Below are positions 38,169 to 47,422 of a stretch of DNA of 64,000 nucleotides, one piece after another. The position numbers and the translations under genes were made by a program. The stretch is from a delta proteobacterium MLS_D (GTDB taxonomy: Bacteria > Desulfobacterota > Syntrophia > Syntrophales > UBA2210), in assembly GCA_002030015.1 (NCBI GenBank), contig LQBH01000069.1:3402-67401 (forward strand), read 5' to 3'. The notes under the pieces were generated by a model. It was not told the origin of the DNA. It saw only the letters and a program-made list of their open reading frames with translations, and made no database searches. Within the stretch, counting starts at the first letter, position 1; every line of letters begins with the position of its first letter.

Positions 38169-38852
38169 TTACGGTCCGTCACTGTCATCGTCGACCCAGC
38201 GTACTATTTCTTCGTTCTCGACTCGCACTCTCTCGAAGGTGTTTACGGGATTCTCGCCGTCGCTGTACCCCAGTGCCACTCCGGCGACTATTCTCTCGTT
38301 CTGCGGAATGGAGAATAGTTCACGCATGAGTCCGGGATATCTGACTGCCGCCGCCATAATGCAGCTTCCGACGCCCTTCTCGTGAGCAAGGAGGCACAGC
38401 GTCTGAATAAACGCCCCCGCGTCGAGCATCGCGTATTCAAGAGAGAGTTCCTTTTCGATGCTGAGCACCACCAGTACGGGCGCGCCGAAAAGCTCGGTCA
38501 TCCGCAGGTAAAAGGCATCCCGTTCTTTTCTGTCGTCACGCGCAATGGAGAGCGATGACAGCGTCCTTCTTCCCACGTCCCGGTACCGTTCCAGGTAGCG
38601 GGACGGCCATTTCTCAGGCATGGGAACATCGGGTTCCGCCGGAGCGCCCGACATGGCGAGCCTCACGCTTTCTTTCTTGAAACGATTGAGTTTTTCGCCT
38701 CGCACGACGGTAACGTTCCAGGGCTGAGTATTTCCCCATGAAGGAGTCCAGCGGGACGCGTCGATAATGTCATCAATAAGCGTTTTTTCAGGCGTGATAT
38801 CCCTGAAAGCCCGTATGCTTCTGCGTGTTAGAACAGCTTCGAACAGATTCAC
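38169..38852 (-). CDS. Nitroreductase family protein
   Basis: MNLFEAVLTRRSIRAF...I..II.A.RWTPSWGNTQPW is the characteristic N-terminal nitroreductase signature. 227 aa. Confidence 0.8.
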   Translation of the reverse strand: MNLFEAVLTRRSIRAFRDITPEKTLIDDIIDASRWTPSWGNTQPWNVTVVRGEKLNRFKKESVRLAMSGAPAEPDVPMPEKWPSRYLERYRDVGRRTLSSLSIARDDRKERDAFYLRMTELFGAPVLVVLSIEKELSLEYAMLDAGAFIQTLCLLAHEKGVGSCIMAAAVRYPGLMRELFSIPQNERIVAGVALGYSDGENPVNTFERVRVENEEIVRWVDDDSDGP

Positions 38853-38942
38853 AGATGCCCTCCCCTGTTATTACTAGTATTAAAGCAATATATAACAAAT
38901 ATAGCTATTATATGAATAAATACAGTATTATATTATAATATA

Positions 38943-40376
38943 TTATCGAATTTTTCCGTAATATACCAGTGCAGACATAGCACGGGCGCATTGTTCCGGC
39001 GTATCATATATGGGAATCCCGCCGTCTTTCAGGATGGATTCCATGACGTCCTTTTCCAGTCGCGCAAACCGCAGGCATATGACCGGCTTGCCGTGAGCGG
39101 CTGGTAACGACGCGTATATCTTCGCGCCTTCGACGGACTTCTGTACCGGCTCGGGGAGCGTTTCGGGCCGCTCAGGATCGATGTCGAGCGAAGGGTCCCA
39201 TATCTGGGGACTGACGGGAACATTACTGATGACGCCGTCGATATAGTCCAGACTGAGAAGTTTATCTATAATATCGGCTTCCTGGAGGGCGGTCCTTTGA
39301 CTGCCGGCGAAATCGACGGGATTCTTTGCCGGCGGCGCGTGGCCGGGAAGAAGCTCGCTGATTAGTGAAGAGGTTTCCTGGTCGAGTTCCGGAAGATCGA
39401 GACCCAGTGCCGCGCATGCGTCGGTCCCGACAACGCCCTGTCCTCCGCTTCCCAGTATGGCAACGCGATTTCCCGCAGGAAATGGAAGCTTCACCAGTGC
39501 CTCGGCAATTTCAAAAAGGTGAAATGCCTCCTGTACCTGGATAATGCCGGCCTGACGGCACATGCCGTCGAATATTTGTCCCGACCCGGCGATGGAGGCG
39601 GTATGCGACATGGTCGCCCGCTGACCGGCAGGAGATCGACCAGCCTTGTAAAGAACGATGGGCTTTATTTTCGATACCTGTTCCGCCGTTTCGAAAAATC
39701 GACGTCCATTCCGTAACCCTTCAAGGTAGATGGTGATAACTTTCGTGCCGTCGTCATCGGCAAGATATGACAGGTAATCAGAAACATCCAGGTCGGCCTG
39801 GTTGCCGATGCTGATAAAGGAACGCAGGCCATAGCCCTTCTCATTCGCAACCTGTGCCAGGGCGACGCCGAAGGTACCGCTTTGTGAAATAAAACTCACG
39901 GGACCGGCGGTGACGGGACGGCTGAAACAGAGGTTAAGGTTGACGGCGGCACTCCAGAGACCCATGCAGTTTGGTCCCACGAAACGTATGCCGTATTCTT
40001 CCGCGACGGAGCGGGCTTCTTCCTCAAGGAGCATGCCCCTTTCACCAGTTTCTGCGAACCCGGCTGATATCACGACAGCCCCTCTGATGCCGCTCCCGGC
40101 GCAATCGCGCAGGAGATCCGGGACTGAGGCCGCCGGGGTTGTGATTACCGCGAGGTCGACAGGTTCCGGCAGATCGAAAACAGTCGAGTAGCAGGGTAAT
40201 CCCTGTATCTTTTCATTCCCCGGATTAACCGGGTAAACAGGGCCACCAAATCCGGTCGCGAGGAGACATTGCACCATCATGAAACCCCACTTCCCAACAC
40301 GGCTCGACGCCCCGACAATCGCAACCGAGGAGGGTTTCAAAATGCAGTCAAGATCAGCTCCGGTGTTCTGTATCAC
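38943..40376 (-). CDS. ADP-forming acetyl/acyl-CoA synthetase, alpha-type subunit (CoA-binding plus succinyl-CoA-synthetase-like domains); no ATP-grasp beta domain
   Basis: Matching segments: PSSVAIVGASSRVGKWGF, PVYPVNP, GPNCMGL, ISQSGT and MSHTASIAG (phosphohistidine loop). A GTG at 40376 lies 1 nt after the J-protein stop and is preceded by GAGGAAGGG. The TTG start at 40397 is rejected. Confidence 0.8.
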   Translation of the reverse strand: MIQNTGADLDCILKPSSVAIVGASSRVGKWGFMMVQCLLATGFGGPVYPVNPGNEKIQGLPCYSTVFDLPEPVDLAVITTPAASVPDLLRDCAGSGIRGAVVISAGFAETGERGMLLEEEARSVAEEYGIRFVGPNCMGLWSAAVNLNLCFSRPVTAGPVSFISQSGTFGVALAQVANEKGYGLRSFISIGNQADLDVSDYLSYLADDDGTKVITIYLEGLRNGRRFFETAEQVSKIKPIVLYKAGRSPAGQRATMSHTASIAGSGQIFDGMCRQAGIIQVQEAFHLFEIAEALVKLPFPAGNRVAILGSGGQGVVGTDACAALGLDLPELDQETSSLISELLPGHAPPAKNPVDFAGSQRTALQEADIIDKLLSLDYIDGVISNVPVSPQIWDPSLDIDPERPETLPEPVQKSVEGAKIYASLPAAHGKPVICLRFARLEKDVMESILKDGGIPIYDTPEQCARAMSALVYYGKIR

Positions 40377-40377
40377 G

Positions 40378-41304
40378 CTACAACCCTTCCTCGGCAAGTT
40401 TCTTGATGAGATGTTCCTGCATGTCCGTGATTGATTTCGGTACTTTTACCGTGAGATACAGGTAGGCATCTCCCCTGCCGCTCCCCTTGAATCGCGGCAT
40501 GCCGAACCCCTTCATCCTGATTTTTGTGTGCGGCTGCGATCCGGGTGGTATTTTGACACGCTTGACAACGCCGCCAATGGTGGGAACGTCGACGGTCGCA
40601 CCAAGAACAGCCTGGGAGTACGTAATGGTCTGTTGAACAGTCAGGTCGTCGCCGTTCCGGACAAAACGTTCGTGCGGAAGCACGCGTATCGTAATATAAA
40701 TGTCGCCCGCGCCTCCTCCGTAAATTCCGGCGCCTCCCCTGCCAGGCAGTCTCAGTCTTTGCCCCGTCGCGATGCCCGGCGGCACCTTGACCAGAAGTTT
40801 TTCACCCTGTCCTGATGAAGGAATTGAAAGTTTTTTTTCAGTGCCCGTAAACGCTTCTTCCAGGGTAATATCGAGATTGTACTCGACATTGTTTCCCTGT
40901 CGTGGTCGGGGAGACTGCTGTTCCTGACGGAACCCGCCGAAGAGGTCGGCAAAGGGATCTTCCCTGAAGGCGGTACGCCTTCCCCCCCGACCGCCGGACA
41001 TCCGTCCCCCGAAACCGAATTCCCGCAGTATAGACTGGAAATCGAAATTTCTGAAAATGTCTTCCTGTGAAAAACGCCTTCCGAAGGCCTGTGAACCGTA
41101 GGTATCGTATTCCCTGCGTTTCTTCGGGTCGCTCAGAACGGCGTAAGCCTCGCTGATTTTTTTAAACCGGGTTTCCGCTTCTCTGTCGCCGGGATTGCGG
41201 TCAGGATGATAAAGAAGAGCCTTCTTACGGTAGGCTTTTTTGATTTCCTCCGCCGAGGCCTTTCGGTCTACCCCCAGTATCGTGTAGTAATCGTCGTTGT
41301 TCAT
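40378..41304 (-). CDS. J-domain co-chaperone, type II (CbpA-like; no zinc-finger domain)
   Basis: DYYTILGV...[17 protein letters not shown] (HPD motif), a G/F-rich linker, and two C-terminal beta-sandwich domains. No CxxCxGxG repeats. Confidence 0.85.
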   Translation of the reverse strand: MNNDDYYTILGVDRKASAEEIKKAYRKKALLYHPDRNPGDREAETRFKKISEAYAVLSDPKKRREYDTYGSQAFGRRFSQEDIFRNFDFQSILREFGFGGRMSGGRGGRRTAFREDPFADLFGGFRQEQQSPRPRQGNNVEYNLDITLEEAFTGTEKKLSIPSSGQGEKLLVKVPPGIATGQRLRLPGRGGAGIYGGGAGDIYITIRVLPHERFVRNGDDLTVQQTITYSQAVLGATVDVPTIGGVVKRVKIPPGSQPHTKIRMKGFGMPRFKGSGRGDAYLYLTVKVPKSITDMQEHLIKKLAEEGL

Positions 41305-41747
41305 GGTTGTTCATTCATGCCGGAACGCCCTGCCCGATAAACGTCAGAAGGCGTACTGTAAAAATCGTTTCTTTCCGGTGGGTCGTAATATCCCTTGTCG
41401 GTCAGCGGCACCATATCGAGAGTGTTCCCACCGCAGCGCATGACACGGTCGAATGTCATGACAAAACCCTTGATAAAACCGTATCTTTTAAAGACCGCTA
41501 TTGAATAGGCCGAGCAGGTCGGATACATGGGACAACGATCCCCGTCAACACGTGATATCGAAACGAGTAACGTCCGGAATCCCCTGAGAAGTGTCCCCTC
41601 GAGTTCAGACGAGGGCTTCTCCTCATGGCCGGAAGCGGCCGCTTCGGGACCTGTATTGAAGTCCCAGGGCGCCTCCCCCGCTTCACCACCGGGGGAAACA
41701 AAAAACATTCCGACTGCAACCACTGTTAACAATAATACGGTTTTCAT
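41301..41747 (-). CDS. YidD/haemolytic-domain (DUF37) family protein with N-terminal signal peptide
   Basis: The signal-like N-terminus is [24 protein letters not shown]. The core [50 protein letters not shown] matches the YidD pattern C.[FY].P[ST]CS.Y...A....G...G......R..RC. ATGA overlap with the J-protein gene. Confidence 0.6.
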   Translation of the reverse strand: MKTVLLLTVVAVGMFFVSPGGEAGEAPWDFNTGPEAAASGHEEKPSSELEGTLLRGFRTLLVSISRVDGDRCPMYPTCSAYSIAVFKRYGFIKGFVMTFDRVMRCGGNTLDMVPLTDKGYYDPPERNDFYSTPSDVYRAGRSGMNEQP

Positions 41748-41759
41748 GACAGTCTGCCG

Positions 41760-42695
41760 TTAAAATGTTATACTCAGCGCCAGGTACCGTGACCCGTTGT
41801 TGTCACGCATAAGCGAGACGCCCGACCGTGCCTTGAGCGACTGTATGAGACTGTCCTCGCTGTGCCTGTTAACGGCGTGGGCGCTTCCAGCTGCGCTATA
41901 TATATTACCCGTGTACCAGCCAAGCTCGAAAAAAGTCACGATGCCTCCCGCCACGTCGTCGCCGTTGTCGAAAAGTTCCACGGCCGCCCAGATAAACAGG
42001 CCGTTCAGAAGAAACGCCACCAGCCCGTCCCGGTAATGTCCGGTGTAAACATGACCGGCGCCGGGAAGCAGCGCTGCCATCGTTCCCGCAGCCACCGGCG
42101 ACTTGCGCGGAAGGTCGTCGATCATTCCAAGTCCCTCTGACAATATGGCGGCCGGATGATGAAACGTACTGTCCGTGGTTATTCCGGCGAGCACGCGGCC
42201 CGCTTCTTCCCATTCCCGCATATCAACGTATACCAGCGCGCTTTCGAAAAGCGCCTTGTTCCGTAACTCTCCCGCGTCCCGGGCGACAACCATTCGAAAT
42301 GATGTGAGGGCGTCTTCATACAGGCCAAGCTCATGTTCTGCTTTTCCCTTCAGGTATTCAGCCTCAGGCCTTTTCGTACTGTCGGGAAACCGCTCGATAA
42401 ACGTCGCCAGGGATTCGACGGCCTCGGCCCAGTGTTTCGCCCGGAAATAACACAGGGCTATTTTGAAACAGGCCTCTTCGCAAAGGTTGTCTTCTTCTGA
42501 ATAGAGAAAAAGAAAGCGCTTGTACTCGCCGATGGCCCTGAAAAAATCCTCTTCGTCAAAAAGATGTTCGGCAAATTCGAACTGGCGCAGCGCTTCGACG
42601 TCATCACAGGCGGCATGTTCACCCCACGATGCCGACGGCGTCGACAGTAGAAAAACAGCAAGTACAAGTACGAATGCAGCGATTTCCTTTTTCAA
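41760..42695 (-). CDS. TPR-repeat protein with signal peptide and C-terminal hydrophobic (PGxGHxYxG-type) membrane domain
   Basis: N-terminal signal MKKEIAAFVLVLAVFLL. TPR-like helices follow (FFRAIGEYKRFLFLY, CFKIALCYFRAKHWAEA, AEYLKGKAEHELG). The C-terminal region contains LLPGAGHVYTGHYRDGLVAFLLNGLFIWAAVELF and IVTFFELGWYTGNIY. Confidence 0.55.
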   Translation of the reverse strand: MKKEIAAFVLVLAVFLLSTPSASWGEHAACDDVEALRQFEFAEHLFDEEDFFRAIGEYKRFLFLYSEEDNLCEEACFKIALCYFRAKHWAEAVESLATFIERFPDSTKRPEAEYLKGKAEHELGLYEDALTSFRMVVARDAGELRNKALFESALVYVDMREWEEAGRVLAGITTDSTFHHPAAILSEGLGMIDDLPRKSPVAAGTMAALLPGAGHVYTGHYRDGLVAFLLNGLFIWAAVELFDNGDDVAGGIVTFFELGWYTGNIYSAAGSAHAVNRHSEDSLIQSLKARSGVSLMRDNNGSRYLALSITF

Positions 42696-42702
42696 GCGAA
42701 TT

Positions 42703-43284
42703 TCAGATCCTCCGTCCGCTGTCGAATGCCGCGATGTTGTTGCGGACCAAATGCTTGGGCAGCATTTCGCGCAAGACCTCTTTCCAGTATGACTCGTCCA
42801 CTTCCGAAAAAGCGGAAAGCGTTCCCAGCATTACTGTATTGGCCATTCGGGCGTCTCCGGCGTTTCTCGCCATATCGGTGGCCTTGAGAATTTTAACACG
42901 CTGAAAATGACGCTGCACGAATCCGGTTATGTCGGCGGGGTACGGTTCATCTCCCAGGTTGACCGACGGGGGAAATACTTCTTCGTCGTTTATGACAACG
43001 GCGCTTTCAACATTAAGGTAATCGATATAACGCAGCGTTTCCATTCGTTCAAAGGAAACGAGAATATCGACGTCGCCCTTATTCGCCAGGGGCGAAAAAA
43101 CCTTTTCTCCGTAACGGACGTGGCTGCTCACGCATCCTCCCCGCTGGGCCATGCCGTGAACTTCACTTTTCTTGATGTCGAATCCCGCCCGCAGCATCAC
43201 TTCTGAAAATATATCGCTGGCCAGTATAATGCCCTGTCCACCGACGCCGACAAATAATACCGTGTTTACTTTCGAATTATGCAT
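42703..43284 (-). CDS. iorB: Indolepyruvate:ferredoxin oxidoreductase, beta subunit
   Basis: MHNSKVNTVLFVGVGGQGIILAS...HGMAQRGG. The ATG at 43284 overlaps the iorA stop (ATGCATAA). The longer track start is rejected. Confidence 0.85.
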   Translation of the reverse strand: MHNSKVNTVLFVGVGGQGIILASDIFSEVMLRAGFDIKKSEVHGMAQRGGCVSSHVRYGEKVFSPLANKGDVDILVSFERMETLRYIDYLNVESAVVINDEEVFPPSVNLGDEPYPADITGFVQRHFQRVKILKATDMARNAGDARMANTVMLGTLSAFSEVDESYWKEVLREMLPKHLVRNNIAAFDSGRRI

Positions 43285-45076
43285 GTGTTTCAACCTCGAC
43301 GATCGCTCCTGGTTTGCAGAGCTGTTGACACACCCCGCAGCCGTTGCACACACTCACGTCGATCAGGGCGATTCCTTCCTGTTTTCTTCTCCTCTTGCTT
43401 ACAGTGCTTCCGGGCGGCAGGCTGTCGAAGGGGCGCCATGAAATTGCGGGGCACCCCACGTCGAGACAGAGTTTACACCCGATGCATCGGTCGACATCGA
43501 CCATAAGCGGCGGTTTTTTCGGCGATTCCTTTGATTTCAGCAGGGCGCAGGCTCCACGTGCCACGATAAGCGAAGGACCATCCGAGGCGAGTTCTTCCTT
43601 GAGGACCGTTCGCGTTTCTTTCAAATCGAAGGGATTGATGACACGGACATTATCAATCCCCAGGGCACGGGCAAGCGCTTCGAAATCGAGCTTTTTCGTT
43701 GTCTGTCCCTGGAGTGTCACGCCCGTTCCCGGATGATCCTGCATTCCCGTCATGGCCGTCGTCCTGTTGTCACAGATTACAATGACGGCGTTGCTCCTGT
43801 TGTACGCCAGGTTCAGCAGTGATGCGATGCCGGAATGAACAAACGTCGAGTCCCCGATGACGCCGACCACGGCATCACCGCGGCCGAGCGTTTTACTCAT
43901 GCCATGCGCCATGCCGATGCTTGCTCCCATGCAGATGCAAGAATCAAGACCTTCCAGGGGTTTCATGAATGACAGCGTGTAGCAGCCGATATCACCCGTC
44001 ACGAAAACCCCGAGTTTGCCCAAAACGTAAAAAAGTCCGCGGTGAGGGCAGCCGGGGCACAGGTTCGGCGGCCGGTCGGGAAGTCCTGGAAGGTCCGGAA
44101 CGGCGAAGGCCCGGGATTTCCCCGTGATGGATCGCTCAATGATCCCCGGGTCGAACTCATTGTTATAGGGAAAGAGCTCTTTGCCCGTCACCTCGATACC
44201 CATGGCCCGTACCTGCTCTTCGATGAACGGGTCCAGTTCCTCGACGACATAGAGCTTTTTCACTTTCGATGCGAATTCCCGTATCATTTTTTCGGGCAGA
44301 GGGTGAACCATGCCGAGCTTCAGAAACGAATAATCAGGACAGGCTTCCCTGGCGTAGTTGTAGGTCATGCCTGCGGTTATGATTCCCGCCTCGTTACCGT
44401 TTAACTCCATGACGTTTTCAGCGAAGGACTCGGCGAAATCACGCAAGGCCGACATTCTTTCTTGAACCACCACGCGGCGGCCTCTCGCCATGCCGGGAAC
44501 CATGACGTATTTCGCGGGATCCTTCACGTATTGCCGTGTTTCCCGTCTGGCATCCGGTTCCTCGGGCGCCACCACTGATTTCGAATGCGACACGCGGGTG
44601 GTCGATCGAAGAAAAACCGGCGTGTCAAACCGCCGGCTCAGGGCGAACGCGGCCTTGATAAAGCGCCGCGCTTCATCACTGTCCGCCGGTTCCAGCATGG
44701 GAATCTTCGCGGCACGCGCGTAATGACGGCTGTCCTGCTCATTCTGCGAGCTGTGCATTGACGGATCGTCAGCGGCGACTATGACCAGTCCGCCATTTGT
44801 CCCCGTGTAGCTGACCGTAAAAAGTGGGTCGGCGGCGACATTGACACCCACGTGTTTCATGACGGCCATCGCGTCGGCGCCTGCCAGGGCGGCGCCTATC
44901 GCCGCCTCGAGCGCTATTTTCTCATTGGGCGACCACTCGGCGTATACGCCGTCGTAGCGCGAGAATTCCTGCGTGATTTCTGTGCTGGGCGTTCCCGGGT
45001 ACGCCGCAGCGAAGGTGACGCCCCATTCATAGGCGCCCCGGGCTATCGCTTCGTTTCCGGACATCAGTTGATTCAT
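43277..45076 (-). CDS. iorA: Indolepyruvate:ferredoxin oxidoreductase, alpha subunit
   Basis: 599 aa. Matching segments: MSGNEAIARGAYEWGV..AAAYPGTPSTEI, TPP motif GDIGCY...GDSTF.HSG and NN.TTAMTG. C-terminal 2x[4Fe-4S] motifs are CIGCKLCLDVGCP and CNGCGVCQQLC. Confidence 0.9.
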   Translation of the reverse strand: MNQLMSGNEAIARGAYEWGVTFAAAYPGTPSTEITQEFSRYDGVYAEWSPNEKIALEAAIGAALAGADAMAVMKHVGVNVAADPLFTVSYTGTNGGLVIVAADDPSMHSSQNEQDSRHYARAAKIPMLEPADSDEARRFIKAAFALSRRFDTPVFLRSTTRVSHSKSVVAPEEPDARRETRQYVKDPAKYVMVPGMARGRRVVVQERMSALRDFAESFAENVMELNGNEAGIITAGMTYNYAREACPDYSFLKLGMVHPLPEKMIREFASKVKKLYVVEELDPFIEEQVRAMGIEVTGKELFPYNNEFDPGIIERSITGKSRAFAVPDLPGLPDRPPNLCPGCPHRGLFYVLGKLGVFVTGDIGCYTLSFMKPLEGLDSCICMGASIGMAHGMSKTLGRGDAVVGVIGDSTFVHSGIASLLNLAYNRSNAVIVICDNRTTAMTGMQDHPGTGVTLQGQTTKKLDFEALARALGIDNVRVINPFDLKETRTVLKEELASDGPSLIVARGACALLKSKESPKKPPLMVDVDRCIGCKLCLDVGCPAISWRPFDSLPPGSTVSKRRRKQEGIALIDVSVCNGCGVCQQLCKPGAIVEVETHA

Positions 45077-45094
45077 CGGTTCTGTTTCTCTTTC

Positions 45095-45808
45095 CTATTT
45101 GAGATTGGCTATCCTCCGGGCCGCAAGGGCGGCGAGCAGCGGATCCGTGTCGGCTTCGTATACCTTCTCGAAGTACTGAACGGCCTGTTCAGCGTCGTTC
45201 ATTTTTTCGTATATCCGCCCGAGGTTCGCGTAATTAATGATTTTGAAGTGAAGTCCTGAAGCATCATCGGCCGCCTGCAAAAAAGCTTCAATCGCCTTGT
45301 CGAACTCTCCCAGGGTCTCGTAGCTGTAACCGAGTCCATAGGCTGCGAGAGGCTTTAACATGTCCCGCTTTGAACCTTTCTGAAGATACGTCGTGTAAGC
45401 TTCAACGGCCTGTTCATACTCGCCGAGTGAGTAATAAATATTGCCAAGGTTGTAGAGTGCCAGCCGTGCCGGGTTACTCCTGGAATAGTTTTCCACCAGC
45501 TGTTCATATTTCGCGGCCGCGCTCATCAGCGCGTCCCTGTCTTTTTCTTCCGCCGTGTCGACGGACCGGTAAGACGCGTAAGCTTCGGCATACTGTCCAG
45601 CCGCTTTCGATTCATAACGAAGATGATAGAAATACAGGCCGAGCGCGATAATAATAACGAGCGCCGCAGCACCTGAAGCGATATAGGCCTGTCGCCGGTT
45701 TTCAAGGATGAAATTGTATATCCTCAGTGTTAGACTCTGGAACTGGTCGGGTTGCTTCAAATCTATTTTTGTTGTTCCCTTTGCCACGTCGCGTCTCCTT
45801 CCGCTCAT
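45095..45808 (-). CDS. Membrane-anchored TPR-repeat protein (YfgM-like layout)
   Basis: A single N-terminal TM (AYIASGAAALVIIIALGLYFY) is followed by TPR-like repeats (LALYNLGNIYYSLGEYEQAVEAY, AAYGLGYSYETLGEFDKAIEAF). The ATG at 45808 overlaps the thioesterase stop (ATGA). Confidence 0.6.
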   Translation of the reverse strand: MSGRRRDVAKGTTKIDLKQPDQFQSLTLRIYNFILENRRQAYIASGAAALVIIIALGLYFYHLRYESKAAGQYAEAYASYRSVDTAEEKDRDALMSAAAKYEQLVENYSRSNPARLALYNLGNIYYSLGEYEQAVEAYTTYLQKGSKRDMLKPLAAYGLGYSYETLGEFDKAIEAFLQAADDASGLHFKIINYANLGRIYEKMNDAEQAVQYFEKVYEADTDPLLAALAARRIANLK

Positions 45809-46218
45809 TCGATTTTTGAGACAACTGTCGGCGGAATCCTGATGATCCGGCCCCGCCTGTCGGTGCACGCGTGAAGCGTCGATCCCCGGACCAGTACCTT
45901 ACCATCCGCCACGTTTAATACAGTGTAATGAAACATAATGCTCGCCCGCCTGAGTTCGCATAATTCCGTTTGCACGATCAGTTCATCGTCATATCGCGCT
46001 GGAAACAGGTAATGACAGCTCAGTTTCGTCACCGGGAAATAGCATGGATCATCATCCGCCGCATGCGGCGGAATATTCAGAGATCTCATCAGCTCCGTCC
46101 GGCCTGTTTCGAACCACTTTATGTAACTCCCGTGGTAGACGATGCCCATCGCGTCGGTGTCCGCGTAGATGACGCGCAACCTGGTCTCAGAATCCTTCAA
46201 TGAAGGTCCTCCAGTCAC
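45805..46218 (-). CDS. YbgC/4HBT-family acyl-CoA thioesterase
   Basis: RVIYADTDAMGIVYHGSYIKWFETGRTELMR is the hot-dog-fold 4HBT signature. The start (GTG 46218 or TTG 46200) is uncertain. Either one overlaps the upstream gene. Confidence 0.75.
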   Translation of the reverse strand: MTGGPSLKDSETRLRVIYADTDAMGIVYHGSYIKWFETGRTELMRSLNIPPHAADDDPCYFPVTKLSCHYLFPARYDDELIVQTELCELRRASIMFHYTVLNVADGKVLVRGSTLHACTDRRGRIIRIPPTVVSKIE

Positions 46219-47422
46219 CCATGAAGTGTTCCATCAGGGTGTGGCCGGGAGAAACGAGTATGCCCGATCGCACCGCGTCGCTTTCGCCGAAACGGACGCC
46301 GCGGGACCGGTTTTCTTCCGAACGTGACGACAAGAGGGCGAATGGACTGGGGTCCGACACGTGGGTTTTTACGCTGACGGGGGTGGCGTGATCGCTTAAC
46401 ACCAGAACCCGATATTCGTGCTTTCTGGAATATAGTCCGTCAAGCATCACGGAGACAACGTCCCTGTCGAAGGCTTCCACGGCTTCGATTTTTCCTTTTA
46501 TATTTCCCTCGTGACCCATTTCGTCAGGAGCTTCGACATGCAGGAACAGAAAATCGCCCCTTTCAAGCCACCTCAACCCCTCGTCGGCCTTTCCCCGATA
46601 GTTGGTATCGGTATAACCTGTCGCACCCGGTACAGAGAGCACCTCGAGTCCCGCGCACACGCCGATTCCCTTCAAGAGGTCAACCGCGGAGATCATGGCG
46701 CCTGACATGCCGTACTTCGATGTCAGGGGTTCCATGGGAGGAAGCCCGCCCTGGCCCCAGGGCCATATAGCGTTCGCCGGCTTGTCGCCCCGCGAAACCC
46801 GCCGACGGTTCACGTCGTGGTCCGGCAGGAGTTCTCGTGCGTGCTCAATCAATTCCCTGAGCCGGTCGGATCCTTCGCCCGCCGGCAGATATTCTGCGAC
46901 CGCTGTGCCCACGATATCATGGGGAGGTTTCGTGACAAGTGAGTCCGGACCGTTTTCCCAGATCATCAAATGACGATATCCGACGCCGGGACGAAAGAAC
47001 AGGTCTTTCGAACCCAGCTTTTCGCCGACATGGTTTATCAGAACAGCCGCCTCGTCTGAACCGATATGACCGGCGGTAAAATCTTCAATGACGCAGTTTC
47101 CCAGGTTGCCGGCATCACTTAGTGTCACCAGGTTACAGCGGAATGCCACGTCACCGGGCTTCAGTTTTACACCCATACTGGCGGCTTCCAGCGCGCCGCG
47201 CCCGGCGTTGCATTTAACCGGGTCGTATCCGAGAATGGAAAGATTGGCCGTGTCGCTCCCCGGCGTGCATCCCGGCGGTATAGTGTCGATAAGGCCGAGA
47301 GTTCCTTCGGCCGCGATCCTGTCCATTCCGGGCGTGTATGCGGCTTCAACCACCGTTTTCCCGCCCAGCTCCGGCACCGGGTAATCGGCCATGCCGTCAC
47401 CGAGCAAAATAACATGTTTCAT
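46187..47422 (-). CDS. Cofactor-independent phosphoglycerate mutase-like metalloenzyme, archaeal ApgM type (family also proposed as alternative homoserine kinase)
   Basis: Matching segments: MKHVILLGDGMADYP, PGSDTANLSILGYDP, FLFLHVEAPDEMGHEG and SDHATP. The ATG overlaps the hom stop (ATGA at 47419-47422). Confidence 0.8.
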   Translation of the reverse strand: MKHVILLGDGMADYPVPELGGKTVVEAAYTPGMDRIAAEGTLGLIDTIPPGCTPGSDTANLSILGYDPVKCNAGRGALEAASMGVKLKPGDVAFRCNLVTLSDAGNLGNCVIEDFTAGHIGSDEAAVLINHVGEKLGSKDLFFRPGVGYRHLMIWENGPDSLVTKPPHDIVGTAVAEYLPAGEGSDRLRELIEHARELLPDHDVNRRRVSRGDKPANAIWPWGQGGLPPMEPLTSKYGMSGAMISAVDLLKGIGVCAGLEVLSVPGATGYTDTNYRGKADEGLRWLERGDFLFLHVEAPDEMGHEGNIKGKIEAVEAFDRDVVSVMLDGLYSRKHEYRVLVLSDHATPVSVKTHVSDPSPFALLSSRSEENRSRGVRFGESDAVRSGILVSPGHTLMEHFMGDWRTFIEGF

